DNA of 64,000 bases from Paracoccus denitrificans. GTDB taxonomy: Bacteria; Pseudomonadota; Alphaproteobacteria; Rhodobacterales; Rhodobacteraceae. Under the pieces are notes generated by a model that saw only the letters and a program-made list of their open reading frames with translations, had not been told where the DNA came from and ran no database searches. The stretch is from NCBI GenBank assembly GCA_003240735.1, contig QFNE01000014.1:976-64975 (forward strand), given 5' to 3'. The position numbers and the translations under genes are program-made. Shown here piece after piece: positions 1 through 8,528 of this stretch (position 1 is the stretch's first letter; the number at the start of each line of letters is the position of its first letter).

Positions 1-573
1 ACCGATGATGAAAGTCGGGGTGCCCTTGATCTGATCTGCCTCGGCGTTTTTCTGGAACGTCGCGATCATCTGCTTGACCTTGCCTTCATCGGCAAAGCAT
101 GCGTCCAGCTGCGGCTCGGTCATGCCGGCGCTTTTGCCGATCTTGCGCAGGTTTGCGGCAAAGTCCGCCTCGGTTTTGGCGTTCATCCATTCCTTCTGCT
201 GTGAGAACAGCATGTCGGACATGGCATAATATTTTGTGTCGCCACCGCAGCGCGCGACGATCCCGGCCCACAGGCCGAACTGGTCGAAATAGACGTCGCG
301 CTGGATGAATTTGACCTTGCCGGTGTCGATGTATTCCGACTTCAGCGTGGCGAAGTTTTCGTTGTGGAAGTCGCGGCAATGCGGGCAGGTGAAGCTGGCA
401 TATTCAACGATGGTCAGCGGCGCGTCGGCCTGGCCCAGAACGATGTCGGGCAGGGTCTGCACTTCCGCGGGCGTGGCTGCGGGGGCATCCGTGGTTGCCG
501 TCTGGGCCATGGCCGGGGCGCCCAGCGCCAACAGCGACAGGGCCACGGCAAGGGGGCGAAGGGGCAGCGTCAT
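1..573 (-). CDS. DsbA-family thiol:disulfide oxidoreductase (partial; gene runs off the left edge)
   Basis: Absent from the ORF track because it is open at the window edge. Manual minus-strand translation from ATG 573-571 gives MTLPLRPLAVALSLLALGAPAMAQTATTDAP...EYASFTCPHCRDFHNENF. This shows a signal peptide plus a thioredoxin-fold CPHC site (about 376-387). The start shares one base with the upstream TGA (TGATG). Confidence 0.8.
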   Translation of the reverse strand, partial: MTLPLRPLAVALSLLALGAPAMAQTATTDAPAATPAEVQTLPDIVLGQADAPLTIVEYASFTCPHCRDFHNENFATLKSEYIDTGKVKFIQRDVYFDQFGLWAGIVARCGGDTKYYAMSDMLFSQQKEWMNAKTEADFAANLRKIGKSAGMTEPQLDACFADEGKVKQMIATFQKNAEADQIKGTPTFIIG

Positions 574-1160
574 CAAGTAGCCTTTCGGTTGTATTGGTCC
601 CTGCGGGACAGAATATGAACCGCCATGCCGCGAATGGCGCGCGACAGGCGGGGGTCGTCGAAATCGGCCGCCATCAGATCGGCATCACGCAGGCTGTCCG
701 CCGAGGGGGCGACCGTCCGCGTCGCGCCGGGCAGGGTGCCCGGACGGGCCGGAGTGAACTGCGCCTGACCTTCGGCAAAGCCGGTGGCGGCGGTCTGGGT
801 GATCGACACCCGGACGACCGCGTTGAAACCGTAACAGGCGTTGACCTTTTCGCGGATCAAGTCGGCCTGCATCTGGATCAGGGGGGCATCTGCACCGGCG
901 ACCAGCACCGTCAGCGTGCCGCCAAAAGCCTTCCCGTGGGAAATCTTGACCGGTCGAGAGCGTGCGGCAAGGTCAGGGCCGACGACCTCGGCCCAGTTGG
1001 TCAGAAGCCGGGTGACGGCAAAGCCACGTGCCTCGGCCGGGGCGCGCATCTGGGGCGCGACCAAGGCCGCCGCCGTCTGCCAACCGCCCTTGCGCCGCGC
1101 ACGCGGAAGCCCGACTTTCGCGGTCTTGGCTGTGGTGTCAGATGCGGGTTTGCGGGCCAT
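573..1160 (-). CDS. DUF721 (DciA-type) domain protein
   Basis: ORF 573..1166 (TTG) trimmed to ATG 1160 (MARKPASDTT...). The segment FAVTRLLTNWAEVVGPDLAARSRPVKI...LTVLVAGADAPLIQMQADLIREKVNACYG resembles DUF721 proteins. By recollection these sit beside mutY in alphaproteobacteria. Family call is from memory, not a search. Confidence 0.55.
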   Translation of the reverse strand: MARKPASDTTAKTAKVGLPRARRKGGWQTAAALVAPQMRAPAEARGFAVTRLLTNWAEVVGPDLAARSRPVKISHGKAFGGTLTVLVAGADAPLIQMQADLIREKVNACYGFNAVVRVSITQTAATGFAEGQAQFTPARPGTLPGATRTVAPSADSLRDADLMAADFDDPRLSRAIRGMAVHILSRRDQYNRKAT

Positions 1161-1243
1161 GGGCAACCTGAAGGATTCTTGGCGCCCAGTCTGGACCGCG
1201 GGCGCGTCCGATGCCAGACCGGATCAGTCGAAAGGACTGAAAC

Positions 1244-2275
1244 TTGCGTGAGAATGACTTGAGCGGCATCGTCGCGCCGCGCCTTCTGGCGTGGTACGAC
1301 CGCCATGCGCGGACGCTTCCGTGGCGGGTGCCGCCGGCGCTGAGTGTATCGGGTGTCCGGCCTGATCCTTATCGCGTGTGGTTGTCCGAGATCATGCTGC
1401 AACAGACCACGGTCGCGGCGGTAAAGGCATACTTCGAACGCTTCACGACGCTGTGGCCCACGGTCGAGGCGCTGGCGGCGGCAGATGACGGGCAGGTCAT
1501 GGCCGAATGGGCAGGGCTTGGATATTATGCCCGCGCCCGCAATCTGGTGGCCTGTGCACGTGCGGTGGTGGCGCGGGGCGGCTTTCCCGATACCCGCGCG
1601 GGGTTGCAGGAGTTGCCGGGGATCGGCCCCTATACCTCTGCCGCGATCGCCGCGATTGCCTATGATCGGCCTGAAACCGTCGTCGACGGCAACGTAGAGC
1701 GGGTCGTCGCCCGCCTGTTCGCGGTCGAAACACCGTTGCCAGCTGCCAAGCGAGAGCTGACCACACTGGCAGGCACACTGACCCCGGCCGCGCGTCCGGG
1801 GGACTTTGCGCAGGCGATGATGGATCTGGGCGCGACGATCTGCACGCCGCGCAACCCCGCCTGTGGCATATGCCCAGTGATTGACCCCTGTGCCGCGCGC
1901 GCCATGGGGATCGCGGCAGACCTGCCACGACGCGCGCCGAAGCAGGCCAAGCCCGAACGCACTGGCGTCGTCTGGGTCGGGGTGGACGACGCAAAGCTGC
2001 TGGTCGAGCGACGTCCCGAGCGGGGTCTGCTGGGCGGTACGCTTAGCTTTCCGACGACCGGGTGGGACGGGACCGACCTGCCGCCGCCCGCGCAGGCCGA
2101 CTGGCAGGACGCGGGTGAGGTGCGCCATGTCTTCACCCATTTCGCGCTGACCCTGCGGGTGATGACCGCCCCCGTCCCGGTTCAGGTTTCGCGCGGTGAT
2201 GTCGTTGCCCGCCCCGATTTCGACCCAAAGGCTCTGCCGGGGCTGATGCGCAAGGTCTGGGCGCTGGTCGCCTAG
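1244..2275 (+). CDS. mutY: A/G-specific adenine DNA glycosylase
   Basis: LLAWYDRHARTLPWR, DPYRVWLSEIMLQQTTV (HhH-GPD), 4Fe-4S Cys cluster CTPRNPACGICPVIDPC, MutT-like C-terminal domain. TTG start at 1244; the exact start is uncertain. Confidence 0.9.
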   Translation: MRENDLSGIVAPRLLAWYDRHARTLPWRVPPALSVSGVRPDPYRVWLSEIMLQQTTVAAVKAYFERFTTLWPTVEALAAADDGQVMAEWAGLGYYARARNLVACARAVVARGGFPDTRAGLQELPGIGPYTSAAIAAIAYDRPETVVDGNVERVVARLFAVETPLPAAKRELTTLAGTLTPAARPGDFAQAMMDLGATICTPRNPACGICPVIDPCAARAMGIAADLPRRAPKQAKPERTGVVWVGVDDAKLLVERRPERGLLGGTLSFPTTGWDGTDLPPPAQADWQDAGEVRHVFTHFALTLRVMTAPVPVQVSRGDVVARPDFDPKALPGLMRKVWALVA

Positions 2276-3159
2276 CGTCCCAGTTCGGCCCGCGCGAACC
2301 ACAGCGACGCCAGTCCCGATGCGGCAATCACCGCCAGCCCCGCCGTCGCCAGCAGGTTCGGCAGCGCATCGAAAACGAGCCACCCCATGATCGCAGCCGA
2401 AATCAGCTGCAAATAGATCAGCGGTGCGACGACCGTGCCGGGGGCAGTCCTGCTCATCCGGACGATCAGATAGTTGCCGACCGCGGACGCGAGCGCGCTG
2501 ATCACGATCAGCGTCAGGCCGGTGCCCGACCCGGCGGCGCTGACGCTGCCTGCGTGGAAGGCCGCGAACGGGGTCAGCACGACCATGCCCCAGAACAGCT
2601 GCGAAAACAGCATCGCCCCGTTTCCATGATGCGCGGTCATCCTGCGCGTCAACGCGAGGAAGCAGCCGTAGAATGAGCCTGCCAGCAGCGCAAAGATCAT
2701 GTTTGGCCTAAACCCCGCACCCGGTTGGACGACCATCAGGACGCCCACGAATCCGGTCACGATCAGCAGGCTGCGCAGCCACGTCGTGCGTTCCTGCAGC
2801 ACCAGCCGGGACAGCACATAGGACACCACCGGCCCGATGAAGAACGCACCGAACACATTGGCGATCGGTTCGGTCCGCAGCGCCGTCAGGATCGAGGAGA
2901 TCGCGCCCGCGATCAACGCCCCCCGCAGGATCAACCAGCGGTCGGGCAGGCGTGCGACGTTGACGCGGACCGGCCCCAGAAACGGCGCCAGAAGAACCAG
3001 CCCCAGAGCAAAGCGCATCCATGCGATGACGAACGGATGAACGCCCATGCCGCCCAACGCCTTGCCCGCCGTATCGCCGCAAACGATCAGCGACACTGCC
3101 AGAAACATCCCGCCAGCCACAGCGGGCAGGGTCGGGCGGGCAAGGGACGGCGTGGTCAC
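2272..3159 (-). CDS. DMT superfamily (EamA-like) transporter
   Basis: 295 aa, hydrophobic throughout with about 10 TM segments in two repeats, typical of EamA/RhaT permeases. GTG start. The 3' end is convergent with and overlaps mutY. Confidence 0.75.
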   Translation of the reverse strand: MTTPSLARPTLPAVAGGMFLAVSLIVCGDTAGKALGGMGVHPFVIAWMRFALGLVLLAPFLGPVRVNVARLPDRWLILRGALIAGAISSILTALRTEPIANVFGAFFIGPVVSYVLSRLVLQERTTWLRSLLIVTGFVGVLMVVQPGAGFRPNMIFALLAGSFYGCFLALTRRMTAHHGNGAMLFSQLFWGMVVLTPFAAFHAGSVSAAGSGTGLTLIVISALASAVGNYLIVRMSRTAPGTVVAPLIYLQLISAAIMGWLVFDALPNLLATAGLAVIAASGLASLWFARAELGR

Positions 3160-3163
3160 GGTC

Positions 3164-4090
3164 TTAGACGTTCAGACACCACCGCATGACGGCCTTCTGG
3201 GCGTGCAGGCGATTTTCTGCCTCATCCCAGATGACGCTTGCGGGGCCGTCCATCACCTCGCTCGTCACCTCATCGTCGCGATGGGCAGGAAGGCAGTGCA
3301 TGAACAGCGCGTCGGGCTTTGCCTCGCCCATCAGGCGGCTGTTCACCTGATAGCCGCGCAGCTGGTTGTGCCGACGTTCCTTGGCCGATTGCGGGTCGTG
3401 CATGCTGACCCATGTATCGGTGACGACAAGATCGGCGCCCTCGACGGCCTTGTGGGGATCGCGTTCGATCAAAGCCTCCACGCCTTGGGCGCGTGCGAAA
3501 TCGAACCAGACCGCCTCCGGGTCCAAGGGCGGCGGCCCGGTGAAGGTGAAGTCGAACCCGAACTGTCCGGCGGCCTGAATGAGGCTTGCGCAGACGTTGT
3601 TGCCGTCGCCTGACCAGACGACCTTGCGGCCCGCAATGTCGCCACGGTGTTCTTCGAACGTCATGACATCGGCCATGATCTGGCACGGGTGGGTGCGGTT
3701 CGTCAGGCCGTTGATGACCGGAACGCTCGCGTATTCGGCCATTTCCTGAAGTGTCGCTTCTTCGAATGTGCGGATCATGATCAGGTCGACGTAACGCGAC
3801 AGGACGCGGGCGGTGTCGGCAATGGTTTCGCCGTGACCAAGCTGCAGCTCTGTCCCCGACAGCACCATCGTCTGTCCGCCCATCTGCCGGACGCCAAGAT
3901 CAAAGCTGACGCGGGTCCGGGTCGATGGCTTTTCAAAGATCAGCGCGACCATGCGGTTCTTCAGCGGCTGATCGGCGTCCGGTGTGCCCTTGGTCGCGCC
4001 GTTCCGCGCGTCCTTCATGCTGCGGGCCGAATTGATGATGCCCCGAAGGTCGTCCTTGGACGTGGTGTGGATATCCAGAAAATTGTTCAT
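3164..4090 (-). CDS. argF: ornithine carbamoyltransferase
   Basis: Carbamoyl-phosphate motif [13 protein letters not shown], and ornithine-binding [13 protein letters not shown]. 308 aa. Confidence 0.9.
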   Translation of the reverse strand: MNNFLDIHTTSKDDLRGIINSARSMKDARNGATKGTPDADQPLKNRMVALIFEKPSTRTRVSFDLGVRQMGGQTMVLSGTELQLGHGETIADTARVLSRYVDLIMIRTFEEATLQEMAEYASVPVINGLTNRTHPCQIMADVMTFEEHRGDIAGRKVVWSGDGNNVCASLIQAAGQFGFDFTFTGPPPLDPEAVWFDFARAQGVEALIERDPHKAVEGADLVVTDTWVSMHDPQSAKERRHNQLRGYQVNSRLMGEAKPDALFMHCLPAHRDDEVTSEVMDGPASVIWDEAENRLHAQKAVMRWCLNV

Positions 4091-4163
4091 GATAGGGTGG
4101 TCCCAGTGTCTGTCGTGCGCGAATGTTCAGTGCTGGCCCTGACTGGGCCAAAGTGGGCCGCCG

Positions 4164-4283
4164 CTATCGTCGGTGCGCGCGCACTGCCTTTTCGGCCACG
4201 GCAGGGGACAGGCTCGCCCGGGCATAGCCAAGGGCGATCAGGGGCAGGGCCAAAAAGGCCCAATATGCGGCAAGGTCTGACAT
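4164..4283 (-). CDS. candidate 39-aa single-TM small protein (below the ORF-track cutoff)
   Basis: Manual translation: MSDLAAYWAFLALPLIALGYARASLSPAVAEKAVRAHRR*. GC3-rich codons, a hydrophobic helix followed by a basic tail. It lies in the rocF-argF spacer. No good SD; its ATG overlaps the TGA of another tiny ORF (TGATG). Weak support. Confidence 0.25.
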   Translation of the reverse strand: MSDLAAYWAFLALPLIALGYARASLSPAVAEKAVRAHRR

Positions 4284-4358
4284 CACCGGCGCAGTTCACC
4301 GGCTGGAACCGGGACGGTCAACCCCCGATCCTGCATTGATGTCTCTTTTTGGGATGAT

Positions 4359-5279
4359 TCAGGCCGAACGCGTGGGCCGATCAAAGACCTTGCGGCCCAT
4401 CAGACTGCCGACCAGATCGACCATCATCTTGGCCGTCTTGCCGCGATCGTCTAGAAACGGATTCAGCTCAACCAGATCGAGCGAGGTCAGAAGCCCGCTT
4501 TCGTGGATCAGCTCGCAGCACAGATGCGCTTCGCGGAAGGTGGCGCCCCCGGGAACGGTCGTGCCGACGGCTGGTGCAATCGACGGGTCAAGGAAATCGA
4601 CGTCCAGACTAACATGCAGCATTCCGTCGGCGGCGCGGACGCGATCAAGGAATGTCCGCATGGGCGCGGCAATGCCCTGTTCGTCCAGCACGCGCATGTC
4701 GTTCACCGTGATGTCGGTGTCTTCCAGCGCGGCGTGTTCCGCAGGATCGACGCTGCGGATGCCGAACAGACAGATGTTTTCACCGGGCACCGGGGCGGGG
4801 AAGGGCGGAAACCCGTCGAACCCGTCCCGCCCATGAATATACGCCATCGGTGAGCCATGAAGGCTGCCCGAACCGGTCGTCATCGGGGTGTGGAAATCCG
4901 AATGCGCGTCTAGCCACAGAACGAACTGCGGTCGACCCTTGGCAGCCGCGTGGGCGGCAACGCCGGATACCGTCCCCATCGACAGCGAATGATCGCCGCC
5001 CATGAAGATCGGCAGCCCATCCGCGATTCCCGCGCGCGCGGCGTCCGACAACGCGCGCGTCCACGCAATCGTTTCGGGCAGATGGTGCACGGCGGGGTTC
5101 GCTGAAACCTCTGACCCCGGCACGCCCATCGCGACATCGCCGCGATCTTCGACGGTGTGCCCCATCTCGCGCAGCGTGTCGGCCAGACGCGCCACGCGAT
5201 AGGAGGCGGGACCCATCAGGCAGCCCGGTTGCTTCTGTCCCGAATCAACGGGCGCCCCGATCAGGATGCAATGGGTCAT
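4359..5279 (-). CDS. rocF: arginase (ureohydrolase family)
   Basis: Mn-binding ureohydrolase motifs GGDHSLSMG, LDAHSDFHTP and SLDVDFLDPS. 306 aa. Confidence 0.85.
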   Translation of the reverse strand: MTHCILIGAPVDSGQKQPGCLMGPASYRVARLADTLREMGHTVEDRGDVAMGVPGSEVSANPAVHHLPETIAWTRALSDAARAGIADGLPIFMGGDHSLSMGTVSGVAAHAAAKGRPQFVLWLDAHSDFHTPMTTGSGSLHGSPMAYIHGRDGFDGFPPFPAPVPGENICLFGIRSVDPAEHAALEDTDITVNDMRVLDEQGIAAPMRTFLDRVRAADGMLHVSLDVDFLDPSIAPAVGTTVPGGATFREAHLCCELIHESGLLTSLDLVELNPFLDDRGKTAKMMVDLVGSLMGRKVFDRPTRSA

Positions 5280-5287
5280 GCGCCCGC

Positions 5288-5800
5288 TCAGAACGGGATT
5301 TCGTCGTCGAAATCGGGGGTCGAGCGGCCTTGGCCACCCTTGTTCCCCTGTCCGCCACCTGACCGGCCGCTGTCATAGTCGTCATATCCGGCGCCGCTGC
5401 CACCGCCTTGGTAGCCGCCGCCACCCTGACCGCCGCCTTGACCGCCGTTGCGGCCGTCCAGCATGGTCAGTTCCGACCGGAACGGGCGCAGCGCAACTTC
5501 GGTCGAGTATCGGTCAGCGCCGGACTGGTCCTGCCACTTGCGGGTTTCCAGCTGGCCTTCGATGTAAACCTTGGCGCCCTTTTTCAGGTACTGCTCGGCC
5601 ACGCGGACCAAGGGCTCCGAATGGATGACCACGGTATGCCATTCGGTCTTTTCACGCCGCTCGCCGCTGTTGCGGTCCTTCCAGTTCTCGGACGTGGCAA
5701 TCCGCAGGTTTGCGATCTTGCCACCGTTCTGGAACGTGCGGATTTCGGGGTCCTGACCCAGATTGCCGATCAGGATCACCTTGTTGACTGAGCCAGCCAT
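5288..5800 (-). CDS. ssb: single-stranded DNA-binding protein
   Basis: ORF 5288..5917 trimmed to ATG 5800, giving the canonical N-terminus [23 protein letters not shown] fold, Gly-rich linker and acidic tip DFDDEIPF. Confidence 0.92.
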   Translation of the reverse strand: MAGSVNKVILIGNLGQDPEIRTFQNGGKIANLRIATSENWKDRNSGERREKTEWHTVVIHSEPLVRVAEQYLKKGAKVYIEGQLETRKWQDQSGADRYSTEVALRPFRSELTMLDGRNGGQGGGQGGGGYQGGGSGAGYDDYDSGRSGGGQGNKGGQGRSTPDFDDEIPF

Positions 5801-5992
5801 ATCGTCCTCGCTTTTTCGCTTTGGCGGAAGGGATACCGCGCCAGACCGCAGGTGACAACGATCATCCCTGTCGGCGAAAAATCGCCGATGCTCGGCGGCT
5901 TTCGGAACCGTCCCCAATCGCGGCCATAGCTGTACCTCTCAATTCGGTGTAGCTTCCCAAAAAAAATAGAACCGGATGAAGAGGGGCGGCAC

Positions 5993-6640
5993 ATGTCGTA
6001 TCTGGGTAAATCGGTCAGCATGACGCTTTGCGCGGTCGCGGTGGCAGTATCGGGCATGATGGTGGCGGGGCCGGTCGCGGCGGACGGGCTGCGCATCATC
6101 GGTGGCAGCAGCAAATCCCGATCCAGCCAATTCGCGCGGCAAACCCAACTGATGGATTCACGTCTGTCCGGGCAGTATCAGCGATCCAAGAAGCTGCGTC
6201 CCGATGCCGGGCGCGAGGTGTCGTCGATCACGATCATCGAACTGGAAGGCGCGACCCCACGCTATCGCGGCAATCAGCGGTCGCAGTATCTGCCGCACGC
6301 ACGCGCGATGGCCCGCAAGCACGGTGTGCCTGAAGACCTGTTCCTGCGTCTGGTGCAGCAGGAATCAGGCTGGAATGCCTCGGCCCGCTCGCACAAGGGT
6401 GCCACGGGTCTGGCGCAGCTGATGCCGGGAACGGCGGCGCGGCTGGGCGTGAACCCGAACGATCCCAAACAGAATCTGGAAGGCGGGGCACGTTACCTGC
6501 GCCAGATGTACAACACCTTCGGCAGCTGGCGTCTGGCACTGGCCGCGTACAACGCGGGGCCGGGTGCGGTCAGCAAGTACAACGGCGTTCCGCCGTATCG
6601 CGAAACGACGAACTACGTCCGCATCATCCACGGCGGTTGA
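5993..6640 (+). CDS. lytic transglycosylase (SLT domain), secreted
   Basis: Signal peptide; [29 protein letters not shown]; AYNAGPGAV. Purine-rich SD (gaagagggg) upstream of ATG 5993. Confidence 0.8.
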   Translation: MSYLGKSVSMTLCAVAVAVSGMMVAGPVAADGLRIIGGSSKSRSSQFARQTQLMDSRLSGQYQRSKKLRPDAGREVSSITIIELEGATPRYRGNQRSQYLPHARAMARKHGVPEDLFLRLVQQESGWNASARSHKGATGLAQLMPGTAARLGVNPNDPKQNLEGGARYLRQMYNTFGSWRLALAAYNAGPGAVSKYNGVPPYRETTNYVRIIHGG

Positions 6641-6665
6641 TCGAAGGCATAACGACTACGAAAAA

Positions 6666-6694
6666 GACGCGGGACCGAACCCCGCGCCTTTTTT
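6666..6694. terminator. bidirectional stem-loop between convergent SLT gene and hemB
   Basis: cgcggg(6668-6673)/cccgcg(6681-6686) stem with a 7-nt loop. A T6 run follows at 6689-6694 and an A5 run precedes at 6661-6665. Confidence 0.55.
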
Positions 6695-6698
6695 CGTT

Positions 6699-7703
6699 TC
6701 AATGGGCCGCCAGCGCCTCGGCCACCGCGGGGGCGTAGTAGGTCAGGATGCCGTCGCACCCCGCGCGGCGGAAGCACAGCAGGCTTTCCATCACCACATC
6801 GCGCGACAGCCAGCCCTGACGGATGGCCCCTTCCAGCATCGCGTATTCGCCGCTTACCTGATAGGCGAAGGTGGGCACATCAAAGCCGTCTTTGACCTCT
6901 CGGCACATGTCCAGATAGGGCATGCCCGGCTTGACCATGACCATGTCGGCGCCTTCGGACAGATCGCGGGCGACGCAGCGCATCGCCTCGGCGCGGTTGG
7001 CGGGGTTGATCTGATAGGTCTTCTTGTCGCCGACCAGGCGCCCGCTGGCGCCAACCGCATCCCGGAAAGGTCCGTAGAACCCCGAGGCGTATTTCGCCGC
7101 ATAGGACAGGATCGCCACGTCCTTGTGGGCTGCCTCTTCCAGCGCCTGCCGCAGTGCGCCGATCCGGCCGTCCATCATGTCGCTGGGGCCCAGAATGTCG
7201 GCGCCTGCCTCGGCCTGCGCCAGCGCCATGCGCACAAGGGCGACCAGCGTTTCATCGTTCAGGATGACCCCGTCGCGGACCAATCCGTCGTGCCCGCTGG
7301 CGTTATACGGGTCCAGCGCGATGTCGGTCATTACCGCAAGACCCGGCACCTCGTCCTTGATGGCGCGGATGGCGCGGTTGCCGATGTTGTCGGGGTCCCA
7401 CGCACGCGCGCAATCGTCGGTCTTCAGATCGGGGTCGGAGTGAGGGAAGATGCAGATGCTGGGAATTCCCAGTTCCGCCGCCCTGACGGCGGCCCGGCGC
7501 GCGCCATCCAGCGTCAACCGATGAACCCCGGGCATCGAGGGGATCTCGGTGTCCCCGCCACTCAGCTCGGTCACGAAGATCGGCCAGATCAGATTGTCCG
7601 CGCTGAGGCTCGTTTCAGTTGTCAGGGCGCGCAAGGCGGACGTGCGGCGGATGCGGCGCAGTCGGGCGGCGGGATAGGGGGCAATGATCGGGTTGATGGG
7701 CAT
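6699..7703 (-). CDS. hemB: porphobilinogen synthase (delta-aminolevulinate dehydratase)
   Basis: N-terminus RLRRIRRTSALRALTTETSLSADNLIWPIFV, active-site region MVMVKPGMPYLD, C-terminus ILTYYA. 334 aa. Confidence 0.92.
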   Translation of the reverse strand: MPINPIIAPYPAARLRRIRRTSALRALTTETSLSADNLIWPIFVTELSGGDTEIPSMPGVHRLTLDGARRAAVRAAELGIPSICIFPHSDPDLKTDDCARAWDPDNIGNRAIRAIKDEVPGLAVMTDIALDPYNASGHDGLVRDGVILNDETLVALVRMALAQAEAGADILGPSDMMDGRIGALRQALEEAAHKDVAILSYAAKYASGFYGPFRDAVGASGRLVGDKKTYQINPANRAEAMRCVARDLSEGADMVMVKPGMPYLDMCREVKDGFDVPTFAYQVSGEYAMLEGAIRQGWLSRDVVMESLLCFRRAGCDGILTYYAPAVAEALAAH

Positions 7704-7876
7704 GGGGCCAGCCTTTCATCTTTTGGGGCCGGGTGTGCCACGGGCGCGGGGCGGACTGCAACCTTGGCACCCATCGTCAAACGACCCCCGTGGAACGCGG
7801 CTGTCATATATTGCGCGCCGCCGGGATTTTCTTTGCGCACCAATGACCCTAGTGTCAGCCCGTTCGATCTGACGGG

Positions 7877-8470
7877 ATGACGTGCTGCGTGAGCTTTATT
7901 TTCGGGTTCCTCGATCTGCTGGGCGCGCGGTCCTATACGTCGGTCTGGTTCTGGCTGATGCTGGCCGTCGCGTGGACATGGGTCAGTCGCGGCACGCTGG
8001 GTGTGCCCAAGGATATCGTCTCTGCCGCCCGCCGCAGCCGCCGCGAAACGCCTGATGAGCCGCGCCCGACGGCGCAGGAAATCCTGCTGCTGGACTGGTT
8101 GTCCCTGACCTTGCCCCGCTGGAAGGTCGGCCCGGCCGAAGGGGCGATCCTGTTCGGGCTGGGCTGCTTCATCCTCGCGGTGCTGGCGGGGCTGGGGTTT
8201 TACTGGCGGTTGGAAATGGCACAGGCGCTGACGCTGCTTCTGGTGCCGCTGTGGTTCGTCCTGATCCTGCGGGCGCGGTTGGCCGCACGGTTGCGTGCGA
8301 TGCTGGCCATGGCGCAAGCGGGGTCGATGCCCGCCCGAACGGTGGCGGCTGATGCGGCCCGCGGGCTGGTGATCCATCAGTGGGTGACGACGGCGCTGTC
8401 TGTTCTGGCCGTGCTCGTGACCGCGTTTCTGGGCACCATCTGGATGATCCTTTATCCGTTCGGGATATGA
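7877..8470 (+). CDS. hypothetical integral membrane protein
   Basis: 197 aa with about 4 hydrophobic segments. No family recognised. Start codon uncertain. Confidence 0.4.
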   Translation: MTCCVSFIFGFLDLLGARSYTSVWFWLMLAVAWTWVSRGTLGVPKDIVSAARRSRRETPDEPRPTAQEILLLDWLSLTLPRWKVGPAEGAILFGLGCFILAVLAGLGFYWRLEMAQALTLLLVPLWFVLILRARLAARLRAMLAMAQAGSMPARTVAADAARGLVIHQWVTTALSVLAVLVTAFLGTIWMILYPFGI

Positions 8471-8528
8471 CGGCCCCGCTCCACCGGGTGACCTTGACAC
8501 TGCGCACGGCCGCTATACCTCGGAAATC

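Noticed and set aside
1001-2383. 460-aa ORF on the minus strand spanning the mutY and DUF721 genes
   Set aside because: It is antisense to two well-supported genes. Its Arg/Pro/Gly/Ala-dominated composition is typical of shadow ORFs in high-GC DNA, and no family motif is present.
5801-5992. Alphaproteobacterial SOS box (GTTC-N7-GTTC / GAAC-N7-GAAC) in the ssb / SLT divergent region
   Set aside because: Only isolated GAAC tetramers occur (ggaaccgt, agaaccgg), far apart. No correctly spaced pair is present.
6564-7880. 438-aa plus-strand ORF opposite hemB. The ORFs 14470..15915, 23769..25139, 27723..28820, 29079..30263, 31798..32841, 35611..36834, 38577..39494 and 42627..43430 are similar cases.
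   Set aside because: All lie antisense or out of frame to genes with clear family motifs. I treat them as statistical consequences of stop-codon-poor GC-rich sequence.
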